Below, one piece after another: positions 37,745 through 51,166 of a DNA stretch of 64,000 nt. A model generated the notes under the pieces. It saw nothing but the letters and a program-made list of their open reading frames with translations, was not told the origin of the DNA and did no database searches. The position numbers were made by a program, and so were the translations under genes. Positions within the stretch are counted from its first letter, which is position 1. Each line of letters starts with the position of its first letter. Source of the stretch: Mobula hypostoma. Taxonomy: Eukaryota. The stretch spans positions 2,356,001-2,420,000 of the forward strand of contig NC_086098.1 in assembly GCF_963921235.1 (NCBI RefSeq), read 5' to 3'.

Positions 37745-38318
37745 ACTACTGCTGAGGCTTTATAAATCATTGGTCAGACCGTACTTGGAGGGAGCAATGT
37801 GAGCAGTTTTAGGCCTGAAGGAAGGATGTGCTGGCATTGGAGTGGGTCCAGAGGAATTTCAAGACAATTATCCGGGAATGAACAGGTTAATGTATGATGA
37901 GTGTTTGATGGCTCTGGGCCTGTTCTCGTTGGAGTTTAGAAGGCATCTCTTTCAAGAACACCAAATATTGAAAGGACTAGATAGAGTGAATGTGGAGAGA
38001 ATGTTTCCTAAAGTGGGGGAGTCTTGGACCAGAGAGTATTGTCTCAAAACACAAAGGTATCCCTTTAGATCGGAGATGAGGAGGAATTTATTTAGTCAGA
38101 GGTTGGTGACTCTGTGGAATTCATTGCCACGGATGACTGTGGATGCTAAATTCATTGGGTATACTTAAAGTGGAGGGCATCAAATGTTACGTGGAGAAGG
38201 CAGGAGAATGGGGTTGAGAGGGATAAAAAAAAGAATCAGCCATGGTGGAATAGTGGAGCAGACTTGATCGGCCAAATAGCTGAATTATAATCCTATCTTT
38301 TATGGTCTTATGGTCTTA
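37745..38318 (+). mobile_element. CR1 3' end
   Basis: LGLFSLEFRR..FSQRLVTLWNSLP; cttatggt tail. Confidence 0.9.
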
Positions 38319-38844
38319 CCATTTGTGCAGTGTCTGGAAAATCTGACAGCTTTTTATGCAAGGATATTATTATATTTTTGCAAAACTATACGAGTTCAGG
38401 AACAAATATTTATAAAATAAAACAGGGACATCCATTAAGCTACACCATCTGTCATTTATTCAGAATTAAGAGTCAATATGAAACAAACTGGGCACTTTTG
38501 CAGTAGATTAATAAAAATAACTATTGAATATTTTACTTAAATATAAAAAAGAATGAAATTCCAATTCTGAGCTGCCTGTTCTCAAAGCTGAAGAGTGATG
38601 GATACCTGAGAGTGATTACAATGCATTAATTTCATCAACTGAGACTTAAATAACACAATAAAATGTAATAGTGCTGTTTGAACATTTTAAAACCAATATC
38701 TGTCAGCTCTGATGTCTGCTTCGTGCTGTGTAAGCCGATCTCAACGCAAAACGCAATAGGAAATTACAACTGGTTTCTATTCTCAGATGAATGAAGAGAA
38801 AATGGAGGAGGGATTTGTTAAGAGATAGATAGTTCAGGTATAAT

Positions 38845-39780
38845 GGACAAGGAATTGATTGTGGACTTCAGGAAGGGGAAGTTGAGGGAACACACACCAG
38901 TCCTCATTGAGGGAACAGCAGTGGAAAGGGTGAGCAGCTTCAAATTCCTGGGTGTCAGCATCTCTGAAGATCGATCATACTGATCTAGATACAAAGAGGG
39001 CACGAGACCCATTATAGTTCATTTGGAGTTTAAGGTGCTTGGTGTGTCATCAAAGACCCCGGCAAATTTCTGTAGATGTATCATAGAGAGCATTCGCATT
39101 CTAACTGGTTGCAGGACCGTCTGTTATGGAGGGGCCAATGCACAGGATCAAAAAAAACTGCAGAAAGTTGCTACTCATGCAGCTTAATTATGGACACTAG
39201 CTTCGAGGACAGCTTCAACAGGCGATGCCTCAAAGAGGCTGCGTCAATTATTAAGGACCCCCATCACCCAAGGCTTAAATTCTGCCCATTGCTACCATCA
39301 AGGAGGTGGTGCAGGAGACTGAAGACACACACTCAACATTTAGGAATACACCAAATTTCATGACATAGTGAAATTAAACATGATTCTGAGTTTCAAAAGC
39401 TAGTCGTCATCAGGAGCTGGAGAGCGTCAGCAACTTTAAATTCATTAGCATCATTACATCCTGAGACCAGCACTTAACAAAGGAGGCACGTCAACTCCTC
39501 TACTTGCTTAGAAGTTGCATAAATTCAGCATATCATCTGAAGGTCTTATGAATTTCTGTGGATGCATAATGGAAAGCATCCTGTCTGGTTTCATCATGGC
39601 TTGGTATGGAAATACAAACGCCCAGGAATGGAAAAGCGTACAAAAGGTGATGGATATAACCCAGTTCATCGCAGGAAAAGCCTTCCTCATCATTGAGCGT
39701 ACTTACAAGGAGCACTGCCACAGGAAAGCAGCATCCATCATTAAGAACCCCCACCATCCTGCACAACATCAATCACCTCA
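38845..39780 (+). mobile_element. Two adjacent Rex1/Babar 3' fragments
   Basis: KELIVDFRK..VERVSSFKFLGV; ESILSGFIMAWYGN..AASIIKNPHHP. Confidence 0.8.
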
Positions 39781-39924
39781 ACTCGGACTGATTGCACAGC
39801 CTACAAACTCACTTTCAATGGGTCTGTACCTCATGTTTTCAGTGCTTTATATAAACCTTCTGAAGCTCCTGGATCTCCTGATTCTCCCAAACCCCCTGTA
39901 CCTGCTTCTGTCCTGCCTGTACTT

Positions 39925-40405
39925 TCTGAACCTTCTGTACTTAATAATGTGGTCACTGTGTGTATGTTCTTGATCTTCTGCTGCTCTAAGCCCATCCGCT
40001 TCAAGGTTTGACATGTTGTGCATTCAGAGATGCTGTTCTGCACATCACTGTTGTAACGCATGGTTACCTGAGCTACTGGCGCCTTCCTGTCGGTTTGAAC
40101 CATTCTGGCCATTCTCTCTGACCTCTCACATTAACAAGACAGTTTCACCTACAGAACTGCCACTCATTGGATTTTTTTTTGTTTTTCACACTATTGTCTC
40201 TAAACTCTCGAGACTATCCTGGCACCAACAATCATTCCATGGTCAAAATCACTTAGATCACATTTCTTCCCCATTCTGATGTTTGGTCTGACCAACAACT
40301 AAACCTCTTGACCATGCCTGCATGTTTTTATGCCTTGAGTTGCTGCCACGATTGGCTGATTAGATATTTGCATTAAAGAGCAGGTATCAATAACCTGGCC
40401 AATGT
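39925..40405 (-). mobile_element. Non-autonomous Tc1 derivative (same family as 6424 and 50405)
   Basis: ORF 39831..40112 MARMVQTDRKAPVAQVTMRYNSDVQNSISECTT (Tc1 HTH region); TIR remnants at both ends. Confidence 0.8.
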
Positions 40406-41567
40406 ATGCACTGTCTTTTGAATCCTTATACTTCAAGATAGTTCATTGTCAATTAAGCACTCAAAATCACTGATGTCATGCAGGAATCAGAGAACTTTCA
40501 TGGACTCACATTCAAGGACTCTTCATCTCATGCTCTTGATATTTATTGCATATTTTTTATTTTTATGTTTGTTTTATTTGCATTTACACTGTTTCTTGTC
40601 TTTTGCATGGCTTGCTGTTTATGTGTCTTGTATCCGGTATTTCATTGATTCTATTGTGTAGCTGCAAGAAAATAAATCTTTGGGTTCCATATAGTGACAT
40701 ATATGTACTTTGATAATAAATTTACTTTGATGTTTTGAACTTTGAGAAGCCACTTCCTCTACAGCAAGCTGCCACAATCAGCTGACTCCCCTGTTATTTG
40801 TGAAATTTACCGGGAGTGTTGTATTGACTGTCAGTCTGGCAACAGCTTCTCTCCTCAGACTGTGAGACTAATGAATACCCTGCCACCACTGAGGCCTTGT
40901 CTCTCGGACAGCGAGCTGTTTTCTGTTTACCTGTGCTGTGCACTACACATGCACTTTGAATTACATTTCATGTTTTATGAACTTATTTGTGGTAATATTT
41001 TGTTTTATGTGCTGTGTGTGATATATGTTGTGTGGGTGCACTGTGGTCTGGAGGAATGTTGTTTCATGAGTTGCATATCTGCACAGTTAGATGGCTATAA
41101 ACTTGAACTTGACTAAGGTGATAAATATTATATGATCAGTATCTTTTAATGTTCTTGATTTTGGGGACTAGATGTTTATATTTGCTGTTGCTATTGCACC
41201 AGTTTTCAATTAGGAGAGAAAATCTCTCTCTTCTCTGTAATTATCTAAAGGTCCAGATTTAGGGATTCAAAAGCGAAGACTCTTTAGTGAGGAACACACT
41301 ACCTGAGAGAGTGACTGAAGCTATTCGCTGGCAGCATTTAAGATTTGTCAAGATCTGTATTTGAATCCCTTAAGTACAGAAGGCTATGGACCAAGTGCTG
41401 GGTGATGGGGTTAATATGGGTCGGCATGGATGAGACGGACTGAATGGCCTGATTCCATGCTATATGTTTTTGTGAAATACCAGCTGATTCTGGAAGGAGG
41501 TAATAGCTTGGAAATGGCTGACTGGATATAATTTTCTGACAGCATAAGTGCAATTGCAATTTAATTA

Positions 41568-42051
41568 CGAGGGGTAATTGATAAATTTGTGGCCTAAGGA
41601 AGAAGGAGTCAATTTTAGAAAACCTAGCACATTTATTTTTCCTACATTTACACACTTAGTCCAGCAGTTGTGGAGCACACGGATCCCTTCTTTGTAGAAG
41701 TCAGCATCTTGAACCTCCAGAAGTGATCCACAGCAGGGGTGATTGATAAGTTTGTGGCCTAAGGTAGAAGGAGATGAGGAGAAACTTCAAACTTTCTGCA
41801 TTTTCACTCAAAGGGTTGAACTGCACGTGTCTGTAATGAGAGCTGTATAACTCATCTCCTTCTACCTTAGGCCATGAACTTATCAATCACCCCTACTGTG
41901 GACCACTTCTACAAAGAAGGGATCCGTGTCCTCCACGACCGCTGGACTAAGTGTGTACATGTAGGAGGGGACTATGGTGAAAAATAAATGCGCTAGGTTT
42001 TCTGAAATTGACTCCTTCTACCTTAGGCCAGAAACTTATCAATCACCCTCG
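41568..42051. mobile_element. Palindromic mariner MITE with four TIR copies, TA TSD
   Basis: TA-cgaggggtaattgataa...ttatcaatcaccctcg-TA; the right arm encodes FYKEGIRVLHDRWTKCVHVGGDYGEK*, a mariner C-terminus. Confidence 0.9.
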
Positions 42052-42315
42052 TATAATTTGTGCAACACATGCAAAATGCTGGAGGAACTCAGTAGGCCAG
42101 ATCTTTCAAGAATCACTAGATTCTGGAATAGTTCCAGAAGACTGAAAAATTGTAAATGTCACTCCATTCTTCAAGAAGGGAGAGAGGCAGAAGAAAGAAA
42201 ATTATAGGCCAGTTAGTCTGACCTCAGTGGTTGGGAAGATATTGGAGTCAATTGTTCAGGATGTGGTTTCAAAGTAATTGGAAGCACATGATAAAATAGG
42301 CCTTTGTCAGCATGC

Positions 42316-43340
42316 ATTCCTCACCTACCACCCCACCAGCCTCCGGGTCCAACATATAATTCTCCGTAACTTCCACCACCTCCAATGGGATTACACCACT
42401 GAGCACATCTTTTCCTCCCCCCAACTGCTTTCCACAGGGATCACTCCCTATGCGACTCCCTTGTCCATTCATCCCCCTCATCTCTTCCCACCGATCTCCC
42501 TCCCGGCACTTATCCTTGTAAGCAGAACAAGTGCTACACATGCCCTTACACTTCCTCCCTCACCACCATTCAGGGCCCCAGACAGTCCTTCCAGGTGAGG
42601 CGACACTTCATCTGTGAGTCGGCTGGGGTGATATACTGCGTCTGGTGCTCCCGATGCGGCCTTCTATATATTGGCGAGACATGACACAGGCTGGGAGACC
42701 ATTTCGCTGAACACCTATGCTCTGTCCGCCAGAGAAAGCAGGATCTCCCAGTGGCCACATATTTTAATTCCACCTCCTATTCCCATTCTGATATGTCTAT
42801 CCACAGCCTCCTCTACTGTCAAGATGAAGCCACATTCAGGTTGGAGGAACAACACCTTATATTCCATCTGGGTAGCCTCCAACCTGATGGCATGAACATT
42901 GACTTCTCTAACTTCTGTTAATGCCCCACCTCCCCCTCATACCGCATCAGTTATTTATTTATTTATTTACTTTTTCTCTCTCCTTTTTCTCCCTCTGTCC
43001 CTCTCACTATAACCCTTGCCCATCCTCTGGGTTCCCCCCTCCCCCTTTTCTTTCTCCCTAGGCCTCCCGTCCCATGATCCTCTCATATCCCTTTTGCCAA
43101 TCACCTGTCCAGCTCTTAGCTCCATCCCTCCCCCTCCTGTCTTCTCCTATCATTTCGGATCTCCCCCTCCCCCTCTCAAATCTCTTATCATCTCTTCTTT
43201 CAGTTAGTCCTGATGAAGGGTCCCAGCTCGAAACGTCGACTGCACCTCTTCCTATAGCTGCTGCCTGGCCTGCTGCATCCACCAGCAATTTTTATGTGTG
43301 TTGCTTGAAATTCCAGCATCTGCAGATTTCCTCATGTTTG
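42316..43340 (+). mobile_element. Penelope-like element 3' part (GIY-YIG + pLTR + hammerhead), inserted in a CR1 (42100-42315 / 43341-44036)
   Basis: GVIYCVWCSRCGLLYIGET*HRLGDHFAEH..LEEQHLIFHLGSLQPDGMNIDF. Confidence 0.92.
43206..43241 (+). ncRNA. Minimal type I hammerhead ribozyme, intact core
   Basis: agtc CTGATGA a gggt-ccca-gctc GAAA c GTC gact. Confidence 0.75.
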
Positions 43341-44036
43341 CATACAGAAGGACTTAGATAGATTAGGAGACTGGGCAAAGAACTGGCAGATGGAATACAG
43401 TGATGAGAAGTGTATAGTCATATATTTTGGTGGAGGAAATGAAAGTGTTGATTATTTTCTAAAAAGAGAGAAAATATGAAAAAATTGAGGAACAAAGAGA
43501 CTTGGAAGTCCTTCTGCAGGATTCCCTGAAGGTTAATTTGCAGGATGAGGAAGGTAAATGTGACGTTAGCATTAATTTCCAGAGGGTTAGAATATAAAAC
43601 GTTTGATGGCTCTGGGTCTGTACTTGCTGGAATTCAGAAGGATGAGGGGGGATCTCATTGAAACCTTTTGAATGTTGAAAAGCCTAGACAGACTCGATGT
43701 GGAAAGGATGCTTCCCATGGTGGGAGAGCCTAGGGCAAGAGGGCACAGCCTCAGCATAGAGGGACACCTTTTCAAAACAGAGATGCAGAGATAATTCTTT
43801 AACCAAAGGGTGGTGAATTTGTGGAATTTGTTGCCACATGCAGATGTGGAGGGCAAGTCTTTATGTATACTTAAGGCAGAGGTTGATAGATTCTTGATTG
43901 GTCAAGGATGAAAGGATATGGGGATAGGGGAGGATGTTGAGGCTGAGAGGAAATTGGATCAACCATGATGAATTGGCAGAGCAGACTCGATGGGCCAAAT
44001 AACCTAATTCTGCTCCTATGTCTTATGATCTTATGG
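43341..44036 (+). mobile_element. CR1 RT/3' fragment
   Basis: QKDLDRLGDWAKNWQMEY..; cttatggt tail. Confidence 0.85.
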
Positions 44037-44384
44037 TCAGACAATTTTATGGAAATGAATAAACAAGCAGTGTTTCGGGCTGAGACCCTTCCCATCACCT
44101 CTTATTCTGGCTTCTTCCCCCTTCTTCTCCAGTCCTGATGAAGGGTCTAAACCCACGGTAAGCATTAACAGGCCATTTAAGCATGTTGGTGGATGTGAAA
44201 ACACAAATAACAGGATTGAAATAATTATTAATTTCAGTTTAACTCAATGATGTTTATCAGCTTACAGACAGCTCCACATTGTTATTTGTGAAAGATATTG
44301 AAAGTAGGAAGGTATTTCAGTAAATACAGTAAAAAAAAAACGAAGGAAGGCTTCATAGCAACCGGACGAACATTGTAATCCTAA

Positions 44385-44700
44385 ACAAAAGAGATTCTGC
44401 AGATACGAAGAATTCTGTAGATGCTGGAAATTCAAGCCTCACACATCAAAATTGCTGGTGAACGCAGCAGGCCAGGTAGCATCTCTAGGAAGAGGTACAG
44501 TCGAGGTTTCGGGCTGAGACCCTTCATCAGGACTAACTGAAGGAAGAGCTAGTAAGAGATTTGAAGGTGGGAGGGGGAGGGGGAGATCCAAAATGATAGG
44601 AGAAGACAGGATGGGGAGCTGGACAGTTGATTGGCAGATACTGGAAATCCAGAGCAACACACACAAAATGCTGGAGGAACTGAGCAGGTCAGGCAGCATC
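44385..44700 (-). mobile_element. Penelope pLTR tails in tandem
   Basis: Inverse homology to 43100-43340. Confidence 0.85.
44499..44534 (-). ncRNA. Minimal type I hammerhead ribozyme, intact core (CUC triplet)
   Basis: Reverse complement: agtc CTGATGA a gggt-ctca-gccc GAAA c CTC gact. Confidence 0.7.
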
Positions 44701-44994
44701 ATAACATGTGAGGCTGAAGCCTTTTAATGGGATTTAAGTAGTGTGCCTGCCAAGTACATCCAGCGTTCTCTGACTTTACTGCAGCTGCTCAGCATCTGCA
44801 GCATTAGATTATTGTTGAATCCTGGTTATAATTCAATGACAAGTTCCCACAAAAACTGATGCGACAAATCCAAGCAGTTCTGTTGACACTTTCTAGGCAT
44901 AGTATCCAAGGCTATGTGCCTCAGCATTTTGTGTGTGTTGATCAATAAACAGATGCTTTGTTCAAACCCAGTGGCTGGATCCTGATTTTGAATG

Positions 44995-45300
44995 CCACTT
45001 ACAGTAGCATAGCAGTTAACGTAATGCCTACGGTGCCAGTGATCAATGATTCGGGTTCAATTCCCTCTGCTATCTGTGAGGGGTTTGTACATTCGCCCCA
45101 TGACCATGTGGGTTTCCTCCAGGTGCTCTGGTTTCCTCCCACATTCCACAGATGTATGGATTAGCGTGAGTGAGTGTGGCTGGCTCTGGAAGCATGGTGA
45201 CTCTTGTGGGCTGCCTCCAGCACATACTCAGATTGTTTTGGTTGTTGATGCAAATCATACATTTCAGTGTTTTTTTAATGCTAAAATAAAGCTAATCTTT
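44995..45300 (+). mobile_element. V-domain tRNA-SINE
   Basis: gggttcaattccc (box B), then gtgggtttcctccaggtgctctggtttcctcccaca. Confidence 0.8.
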
Positions 45301-45814
45301 TAGTATTTCATCTCTATGAACAGACCAATGGATGGTTCAATTTTCTAATCCTCTCATACATTTTGGGAATATAACAGACTTTAAATTACAAACTCTGATT
45401 TACATATTCAATAAAAGGATCCAAAATTATCCAAGTGTCTCACAAACTTGTTCACTCTTTAGACAAACAACTCTTTCCAATGTGTGATCCTTGTTTATTC
45501 CACTGGTGGGATTTAATGCAATTAATTCACTTTCCAACAAGTACTTTGCCAAAGTTTGGATCAATTTTAGAAACTCACAATTGACCAATGAATTGATTGG
45601 ATTGTACATGCCCTAATGGTGAGGTTGTTAGACTATTTATTAAAGAAACAATCCATTTCTCAGTGTACTACACATGCCTATTAGAAAACTTCAAAAGTTA
45701 ACCCAGGTCAGTATTAAAAGGCAGTTAATACCAGAGACCGGCAAGGATAGAAAACCTCTAAATTTAGAGACAGGACTGTGATGTGAGCCCAAAGCTAACT
45801 CTGAAATATAACTG

Positions 45815-45980
45815 GGGAGGAATAAACAGTCAACTTTCCAGGCTGAGACCCTCCATCTAGATTGATGAAGCAGCATCGACTGTTCATTCATTTTCATAGA
45901 TGCTGACTGATCTCTGAGTTCCTCTAGCATTTTGGGTGTGTTCATTTGGATTTCCAGCATCTGCAGAATCTCTTGTTTTT
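45815..45980. repeat. Fold-back Penelope pLTR unit
   Basis: aataaacagtcaac..ggctgagaccctccatc followed by tgatgaag..atcgactgttcatt..gatgctg. Confidence 0.7.
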
Positions 45981-46156
45981 ATGTACGGTATAGAATAACT
46001 CTTAATAGCAAACATGAAAATACCAAAATCAGGTGTTTAAAAGCACTTTTAAACACCAGTTCAAAACCTATTTTGTCTTGTATTTTTACATTTGCACTTT
46101 ATCCCATTGTAAAGCACTTGGAACTCCATCTTCTGTATGAAATATATATATGTATA

Positions 46157-46457
46157 GGCATCCATTAGTCCCGTGAGATGATGGATTTGCACCTTGGAAG
46201 GTTTCCAGGGCACAGGCCTGAGCAAGGTTGTATGGAAGACCAGCAGTTGCCCATGCTGCAAGTCTCCCCTCTCCACGACACCAATGTTGTCCAAGGGAAG
46301 AGCACTAGGACCCATACAGCTTGGCACCGGTGTCGTCACAGAGCAATGTGTGGTTAAGTACCTTGCTCAAGGACACACGCTGTCTCAGCCAAGGCTCGAA
46401 CTGGCGACCTTCAGATCATTAGAGGAATGCCTTAACCACTTGGCCACGCGCCAACAC
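46157..46457 (-). mobile_element. tRNA-derived SINE with CORE-like domain
   Basis: Reverse complement has box A TGGCCAAGTGG, box B GTTCGAGCC and gtgtccttgagcaaggtacttaacc; second copy at 53990-54280. Confidence 0.85.
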
Positions 46458-46819
46458 AAAAGTGCTCTAGAAATATGTTATTATAAATTACTATTAATAA
46501 TAATAATTAGTGACACCTCATGAAGGTGGCCTCCATTTTTATGGACTCCCATCGGCCAGCACATACCCCCAACCAGCAAGGAGGAGATACAGGAGCCTGA
46601 AGTCACACGCACAACATGTTCGAAGTTTCAGGAACGGCTTCTACCCCTCCGCCATCTGAATGGAAAATGAACCCATGTGCACTACCTTGTTATTTTATTT
46701 GCTCTCTTTTCACATTATTTATTTAATTATATATAAACATAGAAATCTACAGCACATTACAGGCCCTTCAGCCCACAATGTTGTGCCGACCATGCGACTT
46801 ACTCTAGAAGCTGCCTAGA

Positions 46820-46836
46820 AGTGTGTGTGTATATAC

Positions 46837-46867
<31 letters not shown>

Positions 46868-47015
46868 TATATATATATATACACACATATATATATATAT
46901 ACACACACATACATATATATACACACACATACATATATATATATACACACATACATATATATATATATATACACATACATATATATATATATATATATAG
47001 ATAGATAGATGGATA
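46820..47015. repeat. Compound (TG)/(TA)/(CA)/(GATA) microsatellite
   Basis: Seen directly. Confidence 0.98.
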
Positions 47016-47119
47016 GATGTAGATATATTTATACTTATTGTAACATAGTTTTTTATTATGTACTGCAATATTCTATTGCTGAAAAACAACAAATTTCATG
47101 ATGTATGCCAGCGAGGTTA

Positions 47120-48570
<1,451 letters not shown>

Positions 48571-48699
48571 TAAATCCAGTTCTGATTATTATTATTATTA
48601 AATATATTTTAAAACAAAACACTGCTGTTAGGTTATTAAAAACATGAACATAGGTTGTTACAGCCAGAGGGGTGGGGAGGGGGTGTGCCGATGCGGAAT

Positions 48700-49300
48700 T
48701 ATAGTGTGGATAAGTTCCCACTACCTATTTAATGCTCCCAATAGCATGACTATTCAATGATTCAGAACAGCTTCTTCCCCTCTGCCATCCGATTCCTAAA
48801 TGGACATTGAACCCATGTTCACTACCTCACTTTAATATATTTCTGTTTTTGCACAATTTTTAATCTATTCACTATACGTATACTGTAATTTATTTATTTA
48901 TTTTCTTCTCCTTCTATATTATGTATTGCATTGAACTGCTGCTGCTAAGTTAACAAATTTCATGACATAGGCCGGTGATAATAAACCTGATCCTGATTCT
49001 CAAATAGCCTCTGACTGCTAAGTCCTGCTCCCAGCCATCACATCTGGCTTGGCTGCTAAGTTGTCGGAACTGTTTCGACTGACACAAGTACGGACAAAGG
49101 TGAGTTATTGGTGCCCCAAAATTGGTCATTCTGGGCAGATGGGCTCATCATCCGTAGTTGGCAGCTCATCTAGGAGAAGGAAAACTGATCCCAAACCTGT
49201 GCTGCCTTGCAGCTGTACCCACTCATGGGGAGGTAAACCCTGAGGGATAACTTCAGAGCTAGAGTCCTTAAAGCAGTCCTACATTGAGTTCAACACTAAC
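48700..49300 (+). mobile_element. RTE-type 5' UTR fragment, split by a Rex tail (~48755-49000)
   Basis: ggcagctcatctaggagaaggaaaactgatcccaaacc resembles RTE 5' regions; assignment from memory, not searched. Confidence 0.5.
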
Positions 49301-49344
49301 CATTCCATATGGTGAAACAGGGAATAAGCTCAAATCTTAGCTCC

Positions 49345-50157
49345 ATGTATAGGAGTGAGGTGTACCAGCTAGTTGAGTGGGGTCACAGCAACAACCTTGT
49401 ACACAATGTCAGTAAGACCAAAGAGCTGATTGTGGACTTCAGGAAGGGTAAGATGAAGGAACACATACCAATCCTCATAGAGGGATCAGAAGTGGAGAGA
49501 GTGAGCAGCTTCAAGTTCCTGCGTGTCAAGATCTCTGAGGATCTAACCTGGTCCCAACATATCAATGCAGCCATAAGAGAGCAAGACAGCAGCTACATTT
49601 CCTTAGGAGTTTGAGGAGATGTGGCGTCAACTGAACAGTCAAAAACTTCGACTGACGTACCGTGGAAAGCATTCTGACTGGTGCATCACTGTCTGGTATT
49701 GGTGGTGGTGACTACTGCAGAGGCTCAAAATAAACTGCGAAATTAGTCAGCTCCATCATGGATATTAGCCTCCATAGTCTCCAGAATACCTTCAAGGAGT
49801 GGTGCTTCAGAAAGGCCGCGTCCATCATTAAGAACTCCACCATCCAGGATATGCTCCCTTCTCATCGGGAAGGAGGTACTGAAGTCTGAAAACACACACT
49901 CAGCGATTCAGGAACAGCTTCTTCCCCTCTGCCATCCGATTCCTGAATGGACATTGAACCCACGAAGACTACCTCACTATCTTTTTATTCTGTTTTTGCA
50001 CTACTTAATTTAACTATTTAAAAATCTATCCTGTAAATCTACATTGTACATACTGTAATACATTTTTTCTATATTTATCATGTATTGCACTGTACTGCTG
50101 CTGCAAAGTTAACAAATTTCTCGAGATATGCCAGTGATATTAAACCTGATTCTGATC
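49345..50157 (+). mobile_element. Rex1/Babar 3' fragment with tail
   Basis: YRSEVYQLVEW..NVSKTKELIVDFRK..FKFLRVKISEDLTWSQH. Confidence 0.9.
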
Positions 50158-50404
50158 ATAAAGAATGGGGGGGCGGTAGATAAGGTGAATTGTAGAGGGA
50201 GGTAGGTAAGGTGAATGGTTTCAGTCTTTTACCAGGGGTAGGGGAGGGCACAGGTTTAAGATAAGAGAGGAAAGATTTAAAAGCGATCTAAGGGAAATGA
50301 TCTTTCACATGGGAGGTAGTGGGAATATGGAATGAGCTGCCAGAGGAAGAGGCAGTGACAAGTACAATTACAATGCTTGAATGACATTTAGACAGGTACA
50401 TTTA

Positions 50405-51072
50405 CACACAGTCGTCACTTTATTAGGAACCTCCTATACCTAATGAAGTGGCCATTGAGTGTACGTTCACAGTTTTCTGCTGCTGTGGTTCATCCACTTC
50501 AAGGATCGATGCATTGTGCGTTCAGAGATGCTCTTCTGCACACCTCTGTTGTAACCTGTGTTTATTCGAGTTACCGTCACCTTCCTGTCAGCTTGAACCA
50601 GTCTGGACATTCTCCTCTGACCTCTCTCATTAACGAGGTGTTTTTACCCACCGAACTGCCCCTCACTGGATGTTTTTTTTGTTTTTGCACCACTCTCTGT
50701 AAACTCCAGAGACAGCGAGACAGCCGGGATGCAGCATTCATGATCAACCCTGAGCAATAGAGGCCGACACCACACCATAGCATACTTTATGGTGAAATGG
50801 GGAATAAGCAAAATCCTTACGTTATGAAGCATAAAAATCCCAGGAGATGAGCAGTTTCTGAGATACTCAAAACACCCTGTCTGGCACCATCAATTATTCC
50901 ACAGTCAAAGTCACTTAGATCACATTTCTTCTGCATTCTGATGTTTGGTCTGAATAACAAATGAACCTCTTGACCGTGTCTTCATGCTTTTATGCACTGA
51001 GTTTCTGCCACATGATCAGCTAGTTCGATATCTGCATGCATGAGGAGGTGTACCTAATAAAGTGGCCACTGA
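50405..51072 (-). mobile_element. Non-autonomous Tc1 derivative (three TIRs) with a ~120-bp insert
   Basis: Hairpin at 50403-50463; body like 6483-6918; terminal gtgtacctaataaagtggccactga. Confidence 0.85.
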
Positions 51073-51082
51073 ACCTATCGAG

Positions 51083-51158
51083 CATTCTTCCCAACCTGGG
51101 GTTCATGTTCCCCTTGGTTAATGGTGGGTGTTATGGCATAAAAAGTTGGGAACCCCTG
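51083..51158. mobile_element. Small hAT (Charlie-type) MITE
   Basis: cattcttcccaacc ... gttgggaacccctg; flanks ctatcgag / ctctagag. Confidence 0.65.
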
Positions 51159-51166
51159 CTCTAGAG

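Noticed and set aside
46799..47092. ORFs rich in Y/I/H/T
   Set aside because: Translations of a microsatellite.
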